Shown here piece by piece: positions 1 to 13,745 of a stretch of DNA of 64,000 nucleotides (the stretch's first letter is position 1; each line of letters begins with the position of its first letter). The stretch is from the NCBI GenBank assembly GCA_013239625.1, contig MU053652.1, positions 1,986,001-2,050,000 on the forward strand. Reading direction: 5' to 3'. The notes beneath the pieces were generated by a model that was not told where the DNA came from, made no database searches, and saw only the letters and a program-made list of their open reading frames with translations. The DNA is from Lama guanicoe (Eukaryota). Position numbers and translations under genes: made by a program.

Positions 1-2
1 GT

Positions 3-539
<537 letters not shown>

Positions 540-796
540 TGAGCGAGGGGCGAGCAGAGGGTGCGTGTGGACAGGCCGGCCCAGGGCCCGGGGGCCTTAG
601 AGAGAGGGAGGGGGCCAGGGTCCACCTTCGCGGCGGGGGCTGTGTGCAGGGTCTCTAGGTGACCCCCTTCTGTGTTCACTTCTGCCCCCGCTCCCTCTAG
701 TCAAATCATCCTTCTTTCCTCTCAGCCCCTTAACAAACATTAACCAATGAAATGAGCAAAAACTAACGTGCCGAAGTGGCAGCCAGGTCCCTCTCA

Positions 797-1010
797 CGTC
801 CAGGTACCTCCTCTGTGCCTGACACGGTGCTAGACTCTGCGGCTACAAAGACTATCGGGCATGGCTTCTGCCCTCCACAGGCTGACAGTCGCGGGTAAGA
901 GATGGGAGGGCAGCTGTTTGGACACGAGTCACATGTGATGCCAGAGGATGTGTGTGTCCGGATGGGTTGTAGCAGGCAGCATCTCACAGCCACTCTTAAG
1001 TGGAGTTTTG
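797..1010 (-). mobile_element. L2 LINE 3' fragment (degenerate)
   Basis: gtacctcctctgtgcctgacacggtgctagactctg...ttctgccctccacaggctgacagtc resembles the reverse complement of the L2 3' end. Confidence 0.5.
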
Positions 1011-3589
1011 AAGCCCACCTAGGACTCATTAGGTGAACAAGGAGAGTTTCTGTTCCACTCAGGAAGTGATGGGCTTCTTTCCACAAACTCCCTCTGGGGA
1101 AGGGACCCTCCCGTAACTACTTGAGACAAAGGGATTCTCCAAGTCCTAACTGACACTCTAGGTGCCTCACCAGAGTCTTCCTCTCTCCTTCGGCAGACAG
1201 CATCCTTTCCCCTCATCTGTGTGTAACGGGTGTTGCGGTCTGAGACTGCAAGGTCAGACATCAGTATTCAGCTCTCGTGACGGAAACTTACTCAGAGCCA
1301 AGATGCAATAAATACTGATGAAGATGTGGGGCCCAGATGGACTCTGCTGGAGAGTTCTACCCCAGGCACAGCTGCCCCAGATTTAATCCCTTCAGCTCCA
1401 GAATCGCCTCCCTGTCGCTTTTACGCGGTCCTTGTCCCCGCTTCTCCTCCAGAGCTTTCTTCCCAGGCAGCACGAGCCTGCTGCCCAGAGCCTGCCAACA
1501 ACCGGGAATGACGCAGCACCAGGGCTCAGCCAGGCGCCCTGCCGACCAGCCCTGAGTCCCAGACCAAAACACAGACTGAGGCAGAAGCCAGCCTGTGGCC
1601 CTGGAACGTTATTTAATGTAGGGTGCTCTGGCGTCTCCTCTCTTTCACCTGGAGAATAGTGCCACCTCTACTAAAACTGGAAAATTGGGCAGGAACAGAG
1701 CTTTGGACCATAGAATTAATGCACCCTGTTTAATGCTGGGCAGGAGAAGAGTTGCATGGTGGAGCTCCTGCACCCTTTCTGAACCAAGACCCTTAGACTC
1801 TGGATTCCCCCACGGAGCACAGCAACACTAAGTGAAGCCTGTTCGCTCCTCCGAAAAGCCTGCCAGGTCCGGTCTCTCGCAGTGCCCACCTCTAGGTGAG
1901 GCTGCATTTAATTCTGCCCATCTTTTTAGCTTGACTCTACAGAGCTTTCCAAGGGCATGCCCCTGACCTCTCCAATCTGCTTCTCTCTGCCAGTGAGTCA
2001 TCTCACTTACCACCCCAGTTGAATGTCAGCAGCCTTCAGAATACAAGGAATGCCCTGCCCAGACCTTATCCTGGTCCCAGCGACAGAGAGCTGCTATTTC
2101 CAAAACATGCCTCCGTGCCCTTGTAGCCCTTTACAAGTACATCACCTACAACGGTATCTAAACCACTTGTTTTCAGCCCTTCCCTCCTGGGGGCGTCAGG
2201 CCACCTCCAGTGAGGCCCTAGTGTCCTTGGGGTGAGAGCAGAACCTTCTTTTCCACCAGCTCTTCCAAATGTCAGATGTTATCGTAAAGAACTCCAGCCC
2301 CAGTGAAGGAAAGCCAGGCTGTAGACAGCGGTACGAGCTCGGGTTTTCCCACCAAAGGACACACTTCCCCTGACCCTGATCTTGCCCCCTGGGCCAGATG
2401 CAGTTACAACGTTACGAGGGCTGCATCTTGACTTGGAGTTTATTGTCCCTGATTAAAGAAGGGAGATTCTTTCTTTATTCTGGTCCAAGTTGTAACCCTC
2501 CCGCCCCCTACCCTCTTCCTCCACATTCCCCTGCCTTTTCTCTTTTAAATAAACCTCCTGTTCATTTAGCCTGAGTGGCTGCAATCAACCGGAGATTAGT
2601 GCCACCACTAATGTTAATAATATGCTAATATTTCATCAGGCAGGAGCGGCTGCGGTTTCCCTGTTTGATTTGCCTGTCAGCACAACAGGCTGAAGGAAGG
2701 GGAGTGTCGGGGAGAAACAGCCATGCAGCAACTGTCGGCCTCCCACGTCTCCCTCTGGGTGGGACTTCCGGTAACTGGAAGATGCGGACTGGAGGCTTCA
2801 TTAGATGGGCAGCCGGGAGTCCTTCATCCGGGGCTCTGAGCCCAGCTGTCATGGTCTCCCCTGGGCAGCTGCAGGGACCCTGACTTCCCCTGAGTGTCGT
2901 GACTCTCTGTTCCATCCCTTTATTTTTGCTTCTGCGTTTCCCAGGATAAAACAAGTGCCACTCAGCACTGTCAGACCTTGAAGCTTCCTGCGCGGCACAC
3001 TTTGTAGGAACTTAATGAATACCTGTTGATTGATTGGCAGCCTTGAATATGAGGTCTTACTGTATTTTGGCATTTGTTGTACATACACGCTGGCTGCTGG
3101 GAGAGACAACAAATATAGAAATCTTACTCACTTTGGATTGAAATAATGTAATTCAAAGAGTTTAAGTTCTAAAAGGCATGTCAAATGTGTTCGAACATTA
3201 TAACCATTACCAACAGTGGGAACAGCAAGCAAAACAACAATAAAACATCAGGGCAAATGGCAGGAGGCGAGGAGGTGGGGGCGGAGGGAGGGAAATAAGC
3301 GATCCCTTGCTGGGTGCCACCCACTTCCCGACCTGCGTCCCCGCGGGCTGGGTGGAAGCCACAGAAGCAGAGAGGCTGCAGGACACAGCCAAAGGGGGCA
3401 GGTGGGCGGGTTTCGCCCGATGCCCCGGGACCCTTTCTAGCAGCAGATGGGTGACTTACGGTTACCAGGCTACACTGCACGTTTCGTCCCCTCCTTGTCT
3501 TTGTTTAGCTGATTCCCCATGGGCAGTACTTTCCTCCCCTCTTCCTCCAGGCCCCTTCTGGCTAAGGAACTCCTTGGCATCTTTGTAAC

Positions 3590-3842
3590 TCAGACCACCA
3601 GGTGTCATCCCCTCCATGAAGGCTTTCCGGACACTTCTGTCTGGGGAGACTTGATTCCACCTCTCTGTGTCCCACACCGGACCCCGCACATCCTTCAGCC
3701 CCAGCGCCCATAGTCCTCAGAGCATGTACTCGGTTGTGTGTCTGGTGCGCCCACGAGCCCACCAGAATGCAGGCGTCCTGAGGGCAGAGGATGGGTACCC
3801 CCAGCTGCTAGCATAGCTCCTGGTATACAGTAGGTGCTACCT
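3590..3842 (+). mobile_element. L2 LINE 3' fragment
   Basis: ccctccatgaaggctttcc...agaatgcaggcgtcctgagggcagagg...ctcctggtatacagtaggtgct matches the L2 terminal pattern. Confidence 0.5.
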
Positions 3843-4351
3843 GGAAGACAGGGAGGGAAAGGAGGGAACACAATGGGGCAGGTGAGAGCCGGGAGTGTGG
3901 GTTTGTCAGCCTGCCCACTTGGAGGTGAGAATCAGTCAGTGCCACCTGAACCGTTCGGCCCCAGACCCTCACCACGCAGGAACAAGCTGATGTGACCAGG
4001 CAGGGACGAAGGGCGGGACTTCTTCCACGTTGCACAGTGGAGGGCAGAGAATCAGATACAAAGCCTAGGTTCCAGGCTATTCTTTAAGGTTTGCCGACTG
4101 GCTATGCCTTGTATCTGGCATAGGGGACAGACAGTGGAACAGAGAGTGAGAAACTCCACTTTGTAGTACCCATCATGGGTGCCTGGGACCCCAAAGCTTT
4201 GTGCTCTCGGGGCAGACTGTGAGTCCTGCGGTCCAGGCTGGGCATCGAGCCCTCTCCAGTGCCTGTCAGCGTTGTATCTCAGAACGGATTGTTCAGCCTT
4301 GCCAGTTTCAGTTCCCCGGGAGGTGAACTGATGCATAGAGAACACCCATAA

Positions 4352-4672
<321 letters not shown>

Positions 4673-5409
4673 TGAGTGCGGGGCCGGGCCCCTTGCCACA
4701 GCAGGCAGCTTCCCTGTGGGTTTGCAGTGGTCCCCTTCCCCCCTAGATCTGTGCAGACCAGTCCTGCACAAAGCCCGATGCTGCAGTTCCAACAACCCCG
4801 CGAGCCCAGTCCCGTCAGCTGGAACAAGAATGGGACGGGGCTAGAAGTCGCCACTGCGCTCTGCTCCCCAGCATGGAGAGCCCAGAGCTGAGTGACTAAA
4901 ATACTTCCTAGGCCCAGGAAGGACACAGAGTTCCCTGCTCTAAACCCCACCAAAATAAGAGAGAAAAAAGAAATGAAAAGAAGAAAAAGACTTCAAGGGA
5001 CTGAATAACATCTTGCCGCAGAAAGGCTGGAGGCCTGTCCCCGTCTGCCCCGTCCATCCGGCAGTTCTTCCCGTGTCCTGTGGGGATGTCACTGTCACTC
5101 TGAACAGCTTTGCAGTGTCCCAGTCCCCTGGCTGTCACACCATGAGCTCCGGATGCCCCGGGCCTTACAGCACTTTCTCGGCCAGCGTGGCGCTGATCTG
5201 ATCACAGTCTCACGCAGTGTGCCTGCGACTGGAGGGCCACCTGTGCGCTGTGGCCCTGGGTCCGTCTTGGTACAAAGCTGACTCACGGTAAAGAACATGG
5301 TTTGTCTGGGCCGCGTCGTCCCCATATGCCACACACCTGAGCTTGACAACCCACTGAAGCTCTATTTACTTACTCATCACAGGAGCTCTGGAATATAAGA
5401 GAACAGGAT

Positions 5410-5525
5410 TTATAACCTCATTTTGTGCCCATGAAGGTGAAGAAACATACATGAAGAATGGCTGAGTAATCGGCCCAAGACGACTTAAGTGTCCAAGAGG
5501 AAAGTAGATCCCCATTTCAGCTGAC
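5410..5525 (-). mobile_element. MIR SINE fragment
   Basis: ataacctcattttg...gaagaaac...ctgagtaatcggcccaagacgac resembles the reverse MIR core. Confidence 0.4.
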
Positions 5526-5563
5526 CCCCTATTCTCTTTTCTGCTATTTCGGATACTTTTAGA

Positions 5564-5751
5564 CAGGGCCTCTGCCAACCATATGGTGTCTCTGTGAATT
5601 AAGGAAGGTGCCCCTTCCTACCAGGGGATGTTTCCCCACGCCAGGGTACATGCTTTGTTGAGTGACAGGCTGGTTGAGAGCCCCAGCTCACTTTCTCGAC
5701 CAAGCACCTTTGTGCAGTGAACAACCTGCACAACTCTACATGGCAGTCCTG
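5564..5751 (-). mobile_element. MER91A-like non-autonomous hAT-Tip100 DNA transposon, apparently full length
   Basis: Ends are cagggcctctgcc... and ...ttgtgcagtgaacaacctgcacaactctacatggcagtcctg (reverse of the MER91 5' end). Flanked by an 8-bp TSD, cttttaga (5556-5563) and attttaga (5752-5759). Confidence 0.8.
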
Positions 5752-8700
5752 ATTTTAGAGCCCTTTTTTTTTTTTTCCAAGTAGCTTAAAGATAGGAAAA
5801 CTGGATGTAGGGTCAGATTTGGTTCCTTTTTGAAAAGCAAAAGAGATCAGAAATTGTTCTTGACTCGGTGACTTAGACAAAATGAGCAATATCGTTTTGC
5901 CCATGGCAGACAGACAGTCTCCGTCTCTATACTGGAAAATTACCCTCCCTTGCACAGTGGGAATGACTGAGAGGGGTGGGATCCTGGCCATCTCAGGAAC
6001 ATAGTTTTGCTGAAAGAGTTGCATTTGGTTTTCCCTCTCCCTCTGTTCTTTGGTATCTCCCCACCCCTTCCTGCTGGTCCATGTGGGCATCCAGTCTTGG
6101 CTGTCAGAGACAGAGAGCTGACTCTTTTGTCCTTGCATCTGATTATGTCTGAGTCACCAAAGAGGCTCTTACCTCCCTCTGCATAGACAGTGGCTCATTC
6201 TTCTGACTACGGAGCTGCCGGGAGCAAGATCTCCTGTGTGGTCAGCTGGCTCTTCAGCAGAGAGAGAGAAGGAAGAGGCAGCACTGGGCTGCTGGGTATC
6301 CTTGCACCGGTGCACCGCGATGGGACCTCAGGCAGGGAAGGAGAGAGCAGGGTTGTGCAGGGCCGGGAGCATTTGTGAAACATCTGTGTAGAGGACACTT
6401 CCACCAGAACGGCCCGGTTAGTCAGAGGTGAAAATAATGCATGTGCCGAGCTAATGGCCCCCCTTTCACTTGGTGTGAAATGAGATTTGTGCCACACAGC
6501 TGCTGCAGGTCACGAGTAACCCCAGTCCATTTGGTTATTTTTAGGAATGCCTTGATGGTTTCCATTTCTTATCCCGCCAGTTTCTTAGCAACCGGTGGCA
6601 CTCTCACGTCTTTCACTTGCTTGAGGTCCCAGATCCTTTCTTCTCTCCTTCTGGGACGAGGGTACAAAGACCGAGGGGCTGGGAAGTAGCAGCGACAGGT
6701 CTGGAGATGGAGCCTAGAGTGCGTCTCAACTCGGTGATGAATGGATCAATTCCACTCTGCCTCTCCGGGGAGGCTGGCCTCCGAGCTTGTCTGGCTGCCG
6801 GGAAGGGAAGTCCAGCAGCACGGGGCTTGCTCAGGATGCACAGCAAGCCTGATCTCCCACCTCTGCCTGCCAAGGGCGTGGGCAGCCTCCAGTTCAGAAG
6901 AATGAGCAGCCCAAATTGCTGTCATACCTACGCTGGCTTGTATCTCTGGAAGTTCTTCATCTACCCATCCTCCTCGGTCCCTTCCATTCTCCCAGCCACC
7001 TTCCCGCCCCTCCTCCCTCTCATCCTTCTGCTCACCTCATCCGTCCTTCCATCCCGTTCCTGCCTCTAAGCACCTTGCAGTGCTAGTGGTTGGTGGCCCC
7101 ACCGCAGACTCCCAGTCTTTGCTGCTTCCCTCTAAGTATTAGGGGTTTTGCTCACGGCCACATCTAGAGAAGGGGAGAGCACTGACTTGGTTCCTCAGGA
7201 GCAACCGATTGCCCCCTCATCTTACAGAGCAGAACTCAACAGCGTTGACATCAAACTGCTGTGTCACAGTTGACAGTCATTTCTATTCCATTACCAAGAG
7301 CAGTGACCTTTTCCTGTAACGTAGTGATTGCCTCTGATTTTAAATTGGAATCAGCCTCGTGGCAGCATCAGCCTCACTCACTTGCAGTCACGGGCTTTCC
7401 ACGAAGCGGGGAACAGAGGGGAGCTGCAGTTGGGCCCCCGGGCATTGGAGTGGGGCGTGTCACATGTTCAGATGCCGTCTGTCAGACATGTCACCCCTGA
7501 AAAAGGTTAAGATTTTTAAATATCTTAAAATGCCTCCTAAGGAAGCTATCCATTCAAAATATAAAACTGTGACCATTCACCCTAGGAGCGGTCTGGAGAT
7601 GAAGGATGGACATTCCATGGACTTCATTATTAAGCCCCGGGTCAAACGTTTATGGTGTCCACCATGGGTGTACTGGACACGGGGATATATTAGACTTGAT
7701 CCTTCCCCCGTGGCTCTTGTGGTCCACGAGGACACGCAGACAGGCCCTCAGGAAGCCCCCGAGCTGTACTGGGGGGAGCGCAGGGAGTGACGGCCTGATT
7801 CTGCTGGGCCTGGAGAGGCCAGTTAAGGATGCACAGAGGAAAAGACTTTCGTGTGCAGGGCCTTGAAGGGCAGGTGTCTGTACATCAGAGCATCAGGCTC
7901 TAAATGCCTTTCACATCTACACCTACACATCGTCCTTGAGGGGTTTGAAGGGATAGGGATACCTGGCTCTTCTCTAGAGTTCAGGGCTCTGGAGACCACC
8001 TTCTCAACCACTAGCGGTCCTACAGGCAGAGGTGGGATGCCCACCGTCACACACGGGGCCCATCCCATAGAAACCCACGAATGGAAAGCACTGCACACTG
8101 GTCAACAGCAGAGAATCCAGCTCTCTGGGGCCCTGCCCTGAACAGCAGCTCCTGGGGACCAATGTCAGGACCACAGTGGTGCTGGCTTCCTACCTGGTAT
8201 GAGCAGAGACAGCAAAGAAAGCTGGGTAAGGCCAGTGGTGGGACCCAGACCTCCCCCGTGGGCCAGGCCTTGGCCAGCTTATGGGGTGAGGGGGGGTCAG
8301 TCCCTTCTGAAGAAGACATCTGCAGGAAGAAATCCCACGGGAGCAAGTTCAAGTACAGGAGCCCAGGCTGACCATTCCCTTCCTTGCTGCCCGCCAGCTG
8401 CTAAGAACACTTGTCTGTTCATTAATGGGGCCTCACTGCGTTCTTCACAATCAATAAGGCTTCTCGGTGGCAGAGCCCAGTGCAGAGCTTCAGCACAGCC
8501 AGTGCTCGGGGGGAAGCTGTTGTGCACCTAGCACAGGGGGGCCGGAGCAGGGCCATTGTCAGGCTCAGGGCTGCTGGGCAGAGCCCTGGAGAGGAGGGGG
8601 AGAGGTCGAGGCAAAGGTAGCAAAGATCTGCAGGGAGGCTGGGCCCACTTAGCCCCGGGCAGGCCTGGGGACAAGGATCCGAGCCCCACACTCATCTAAG

Positions 8701-11135
8701 ACATCAAACTGTCCAAGGCCACTCAGCCCAGCCATTTAGAACGTGCTGAAGATGAGGACACGTGACTGATCCATGCATGGGCTTGTGGGTGGCACAGACG
8801 TGCACCGGTCCCGCCCAGCACCCTCTGCACACAGGCAGCAGAGGAGGGACGGCCGCCCAGTGCAGACCTGCCCTCCCCGTGAGAGGGAATAACACACAGC
8901 ATGTCCAGGCAGGCCGCCTCCGTCCCTTCTGGTGAGAAGTCAGGGCCCTGCCCTCCCCAACTCCACTCTCAGCCCCACCCCGACCCCTCTCCTTCGCCTT
9001 CTCACACACAGACACACTCTCTAAATATTCTCTTGGGAGAAATGGACTGGGCTTTTAGTGCACTACAAGGCGGGCCACGCAAAGGGACAGAGTGCTGGGT
9101 GTCTGCTGCGTGCAAGATGGTGGTCCCTGACATGGGCTCTCAGGCCCCTCAGGGACCAGAGGTCGCAGTAGGAGCCCTGATGCATTTGCAAAAAAAAAAA
9201 AAAAAAATCTCGACAGGGCCACCCACCTACCTGTAAGGTTTCACAAGTAATGCAAATGGGGGGAGTCTTTGCTTCTGATGACAGTCCTGTCCCATCGGGG
9301 GAACCTGGGGTTTTCCTCCTGGTCAGTGGCTCTTACTGTCCGTGGGTGACAGAGAGTGGCTGTCTGGAGGAAGCCCTGGACATAACCGTGTTGCCAGAGC
9401 CACGTCTGGCTGCTGGCCGTGGGACAGGGTGAGAGGAGTCGTTCGGTCATATTTTCCCCTATATGACCTGTGGACATAACCCTTTATCTGACAAACGCTC
9501 GGTAGGCGTGGAATGGTGAGGGGACGATGGTACAAATCTCCTCGGAGTGGCTCACACCCTTGGCCTCCACGATAAAATGGAACATTGCGCTTATTGCCTT
9601 CCCGAAACAGCGGCAGTGAATCGAGTCTCTCACTTGAACTTTCATACCTGGGATGTGATGACTCATGTCCCCGAGGAACTTGAAGATGTTTTGGGGTGGG
9701 TTGCAGGCCTGGAAGAGAGTGGGTGCTTCTGGGATGGAGCAAAGGAGCCAAAATGAAACATGACAAGGAGCCAAGGGGCCCAGGGCTCTGGAGGTGAGGA
9801 GGGGCGGGGGAAGGGAAGACCCCACACTGAAAGAAGGTTGTGAAGAGAGTTAGTCCAAATGGGACCGAGGACGGTACAGCCTCTACGTGGGGCTGTGACT
9901 CTGGCAGGGCGGCCCACCCAGCCCTTGCCGGCCTGGGGATGCTCTGGCGCAAACTGAAGTGTCATTCCATTGCAGGCCCTTAAGTCTGAGGGCTGGAATA
10001 GCTCACAGGCACCACCTCTGCCAGGCTGTTACCCAACTCCTGGGCACGGATGGGGAGGGGTGGAGGTGGGGAAACAGGCTCAGGACTGATGGATTCACGG
10101 TGGGTGCAGTGAGGATGCAGATGGGAGAGACACAGGGTGGGGTGCCAGAGGGAACCAGAGGCTTTGTGAATACCCCCTACAGTCTCCTGAGCTGGGAGCT
10201 CTGGGAAGGGCTTGTCCTTGCCGCGTGCGCTTCCACGCGAGAGTGAGCGACTCTCCTACAACTCTGTGCCCCAGCTGCCCCACCTGCCTCGCCCTAGGTC
10301 CTCCCTGGCGAGTGTCCCCGCACCCTCCTCTGTTCTAAGTTCTCAAGTTCCCCTTCCCCAGCACTGAAGCCACAGGCATTCAGTGTGGGCCGAGCGGGGA
10401 CACCGCAAGGACTCCCGGGTGCGCTGCCCCACTGTCCTGATGCTTCCCCGCCTCTGCAGGTGCCTGGGTCACTTCTCTGTAGCCCACAGCCCAAGGCACC
10501 CGGGAGGGGGTGGCTGTCTTTGGGGCACTGGGGCCCTTCAGTTCCTCATTAGGAAACTACACAACTCCCCTCCGCTGGGGGAGTTGGGGGTTGCTGCATA
10601 AAATGTCAAATTGCAGAAATTAAAAATGTAAATGTTGGCATCTAATTAACCAGTTGACAGCAGTGCACAGCTGCAAGTGACAGTGACTGATTGCCTTCTG
10701 CCAGCCTCTCCCCGCAAGCAGCCCCCAGCCCCACCCTTCTCCTGGTTAACCCTCAGAGGGGGGAGGACGTCGGGGGAGAGAACTGCTTAGAAGAGCCCTC
10801 GGGCCCTGTGGAGGGGACTTCTTGTGTCTGTGGGAGGGGGTGTTAGAAGGACCCAACAGGTAGCCTGGACCACTCTTGAGGAGCTGGGAGCAGCCCCTCC
10901 TTACTCCTGGCCCCACCCTGTCTACCCCCTGACAGTCTCTAGGTCACTCCCAAATCCCTTCCCTCGGTGCCTCCCGCATCGCCATTGTGAGCTGCAGAGG
11001 GCATTCCCTGGGCCAGACCCAGAAGCCTTGCTGGAAGAGAGCCCGCCATGGTCCCCGGGGCGGGGAGGGGCCCACACAGGCATCCACCTCCCCTCTACTC
11101 CATACGCACGGTTCCTCACTCCCATCCCTCGGCAG

Positions 11136-11286
11136 GTATTACTCAGACATCGGGAAGATGCCGGCCATCAGCGACCAGGACATGAACGCGTACCTGGCTG
11201 AGCAGTCCCGGATGCACATGAATGAGTTCAACACCATGAGCGCACTCTCCGAGATCTTCTCCTACGTGGGCAAGTACAGCGAGGAG
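11136..11286 (+). CDS. PLXNA4: Plexin-A4 penultimate coding exon
   Basis: Acceptor ccatccctcggcag ends at 11135; donor gtgagc at 11287. Translates (R)[50 protein letters not shown]. 151 nt, phase 2 to phase 0. Confidence 0.97.
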
Positions 11287-11647
11287 GTGAGCCCTGCCCT
11301 GCTCGGGGTCTGCTGGGAAGGACTGGGGCAGAGGTCCGGAAACCCCTGCCGGCAGCAGCCTCCGTGCATAAGCGCACCACCCGAGACCCTCCTCACCTCT
11401 GCTGGGGAGACTCTACCACCCAGGCCTCGGGGCTGTGCTCCAAAGACTGGGATGCTAGGAAGACTCCATTCTGCAGATTCTACCTTAATCCCTGTTCTTT
11501 TCAGACATGTAGATCGAGTATCTGTTTCTTTCTCTTTTTTTTCTTTTCTCTCTCCTGCTATTCTCTCCTTTATTTTTTCCATTGCTCTCTCTAACCTAAT
11601 TCTCTTTAAATAAGCAGTGCCCCACTCCCATGGGAAGATCATAAGGT

Positions 11648-11748
11648 GTGGAATGGAAAGGAAAGGAAAAGAAGGGAATGGAATAGAACAGAACAAACAA
11701 GATAGAATAGAATCAGAACACAGCAGATACAGAACAGAGTAGAATGGA
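11648..11748 (+). repeat. Degenerate purine-rich pentamer repeat (GGAAA/GAATA/GAACA)n
   Basis: ggaatggaaaggaaaggaaaagaagggaatggaatagaacagaac...atagaatagaatcagaac... Confidence 0.75.
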
Positions 11749-12837
11749 GTCTATTTCGAGTTGCTGGGTTCCCTCGTTAGGAAATCTCACTGGGGTCATT
11801 GCCCTACAAAAGTGCTTATGGGAGTTTTCTTGGTCATACCAGCATAGACCAAGTGGGTTCAGAATCCAGGCTGCCCACATCTGGGCAGCAGCGCAACCAC
11901 CCTCACTGTGAGTGGAAGGCAGTGACGGGAGCTGAAGCCGGCACCCCGGGTTCTTGTCCTCCTCTCAGCCTCGTCACTGGGCAGGGGGCTGGGGTGGCCT
12001 AGGAACCCCAGGATAAGGAAGGAGCCCCCGCAGGGCCCAGGGCCTGGTGTCCGCAGGCCATGAGTAGCATAATGCTGTGAACCCCAAGTGAAGGGAAAGC
12101 CAGCGGCGGGTCCTTTAGGGGAGGGACCGCGAAGCCAGCTTGCAGGCCAGTGCTGGTCCAGGACAGTTCCAGCTGCCTGTGGCCACGTGAGAGGTCAGGA
12201 CGATGCAGAGTATGCCAGCGTATGTGTTTATTTTTTCCTTAAGCCATTTTTATTACACTCAAGTTATTAAGACAAGCACAAAATAACCTTGCATACTGGA
12301 TCACTCATTAAAAAAGGAGAAAATACGACCATATGAAGAGATTTACAAACGACACATATGTAAGCTGACAGAAAATGGGCAACTTGAATGGGCTTGTTTT
12401 TTTTCTTTTAGAAATTCTAAGTTTTCATCCTGAAAAAAGGACAAATAAAATACAATGCTCTACATATGTGTAACCTTGAAAACAAGAAAAGTGTGGCTGT
12501 CTTATCTTGGAAAGGACTGTCCCTTAGTCGCAAGTACACTCATCTACTGTTGGTTTTAAAATGTCCCACCTTTATGAAATATTGGGGCCAGTAACTGATG
12601 GTTCTTGGCCAGCTAAGAAGTTGGCAACACTCTTGGTCTCCCAGTTAAAAATATATTAACTGCGCCGGGAAGTCCAAAGCTCTGGGAGCTTCTCCTCCAG
12701 CCTTCAGCCTCCTCTTCCCTCCTGCCCCTCCTCCCCCTGCTCCCTGAGACCCCAGCACCAGTAGGTACCACCCCTCTTTGCTCCTGGAGTGGGCGTGGTG
12801 CGACGAGCATGCACGTATGTTATGTGCCTCCCCTGGA

Positions 12838-12965
12838 GCAGCCCAGAGAGTGGGTCGTAGTTCCCACATTTCACAGATGAGGAAATGAGGGTTCCTCGTG
12901 TTCCCCCCTTCGCCCAGCTAGACACTGGGGGGCCGAGATTCAATCCTACAGCTCCAAGTCTGAGT
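12838..12965 (-). mobile_element. MIR SINE fragment
   Basis: cccacatttcacagatgaggaaatgagg...gccgagattcaatcc is the reverse MIR core. Confidence 0.7.
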
Positions 12966-13649
12966 CACAGTCTAATCCATTTTCCTTCATGTGCCCACAG
13001 TCTTCCCATCATTGTCTTCCCTCAACCATCTGACCTCAGAAAAGGCTGGTAGACATTGTCCATTAGGTGTCATTGACCAGTAAAGCGTAAGACATAAGTC
13101 TTCAATGGATATTTGTTTCTTAGCAGACAAAGTGGAGCCAAATAACTCTCTAAATGTGGAATTTCAGGCCTTGATTTGCTGATGGGGGAAGGTGTTCTCT
13201 TTTCAGAAGTCAGGGTAGGATGTCTTGATATCGTGAAATTACAGTCGCCCTGAGACCCTGAGCACCACACCTTCCGTGGGGTACGGACCTGCCTGCTGGC
13301 TAACCTGTAGGTAACGGCAGCATCTTGGTGCGCTGTCTTCTGCCCGCTGTTGGCTGTCTTACACAGGCAGTGAAATGTGCCCGTTTATTCAGACACGCTG
13401 ACGTGTGTGCTCGCGTTCGTGCTCACTGATACGTGGGTGCCCGCAAGTTCATTCCCCAGGCCCGAGTGCCCCCCATGCCTCCCCATCCCCGTCACCCGGG
13501 CTTTCTGCTTCCCCAGCCACTTCGTCTGTGCAGCTCCACCTGCACACGTCTTCCCAGACCTTCCGACCATGCTCCCCATCTGTGTGTGCCCTATGAACAA
13601 GACACAATGCACGCAACTACTAACCTCCCCGTTCTTGGCTCTTCAACAG

Positions 13650-13745
13650 ATTCTCGGACCTCTGGACCACGATGACCAGTGTGGGAAGCAGAAACTGGCC
13701 TACAAACTAGAACAAGTCATAACCCTCATGAGCTTAGACAGCTGA
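13650..13745 (+). CDS. PLXNA4: Plexin-A4 terminal coding exon (CDS part)
   Basis: Acceptor ttcttggctcttcaacag ends at 13649. Translates ILGPLDHDDQCGKQKLAYKLEQVITLMSLDS* with TGA at 13743-13745. This C-terminus is the one I recognise for PLXNA4 rather than PLXNA1/2/3. Confidence 0.95.
   Translation: MLGPLDHDDQCGKQKLAYKLEQVITLMSLDS

Noticed and set aside
9190..9207. A18 tract in an intron as a possible retroelement tail
   Set aside because: No upstream SINE/LINE body or TSD recognised, so treated as a simple mononucleotide run.
9323..9952. 209-aa minus-strand intronic ORF as a possible nested gene or retrogene
   Set aside because: No recognisable homology, poly(A) tail or TSD.
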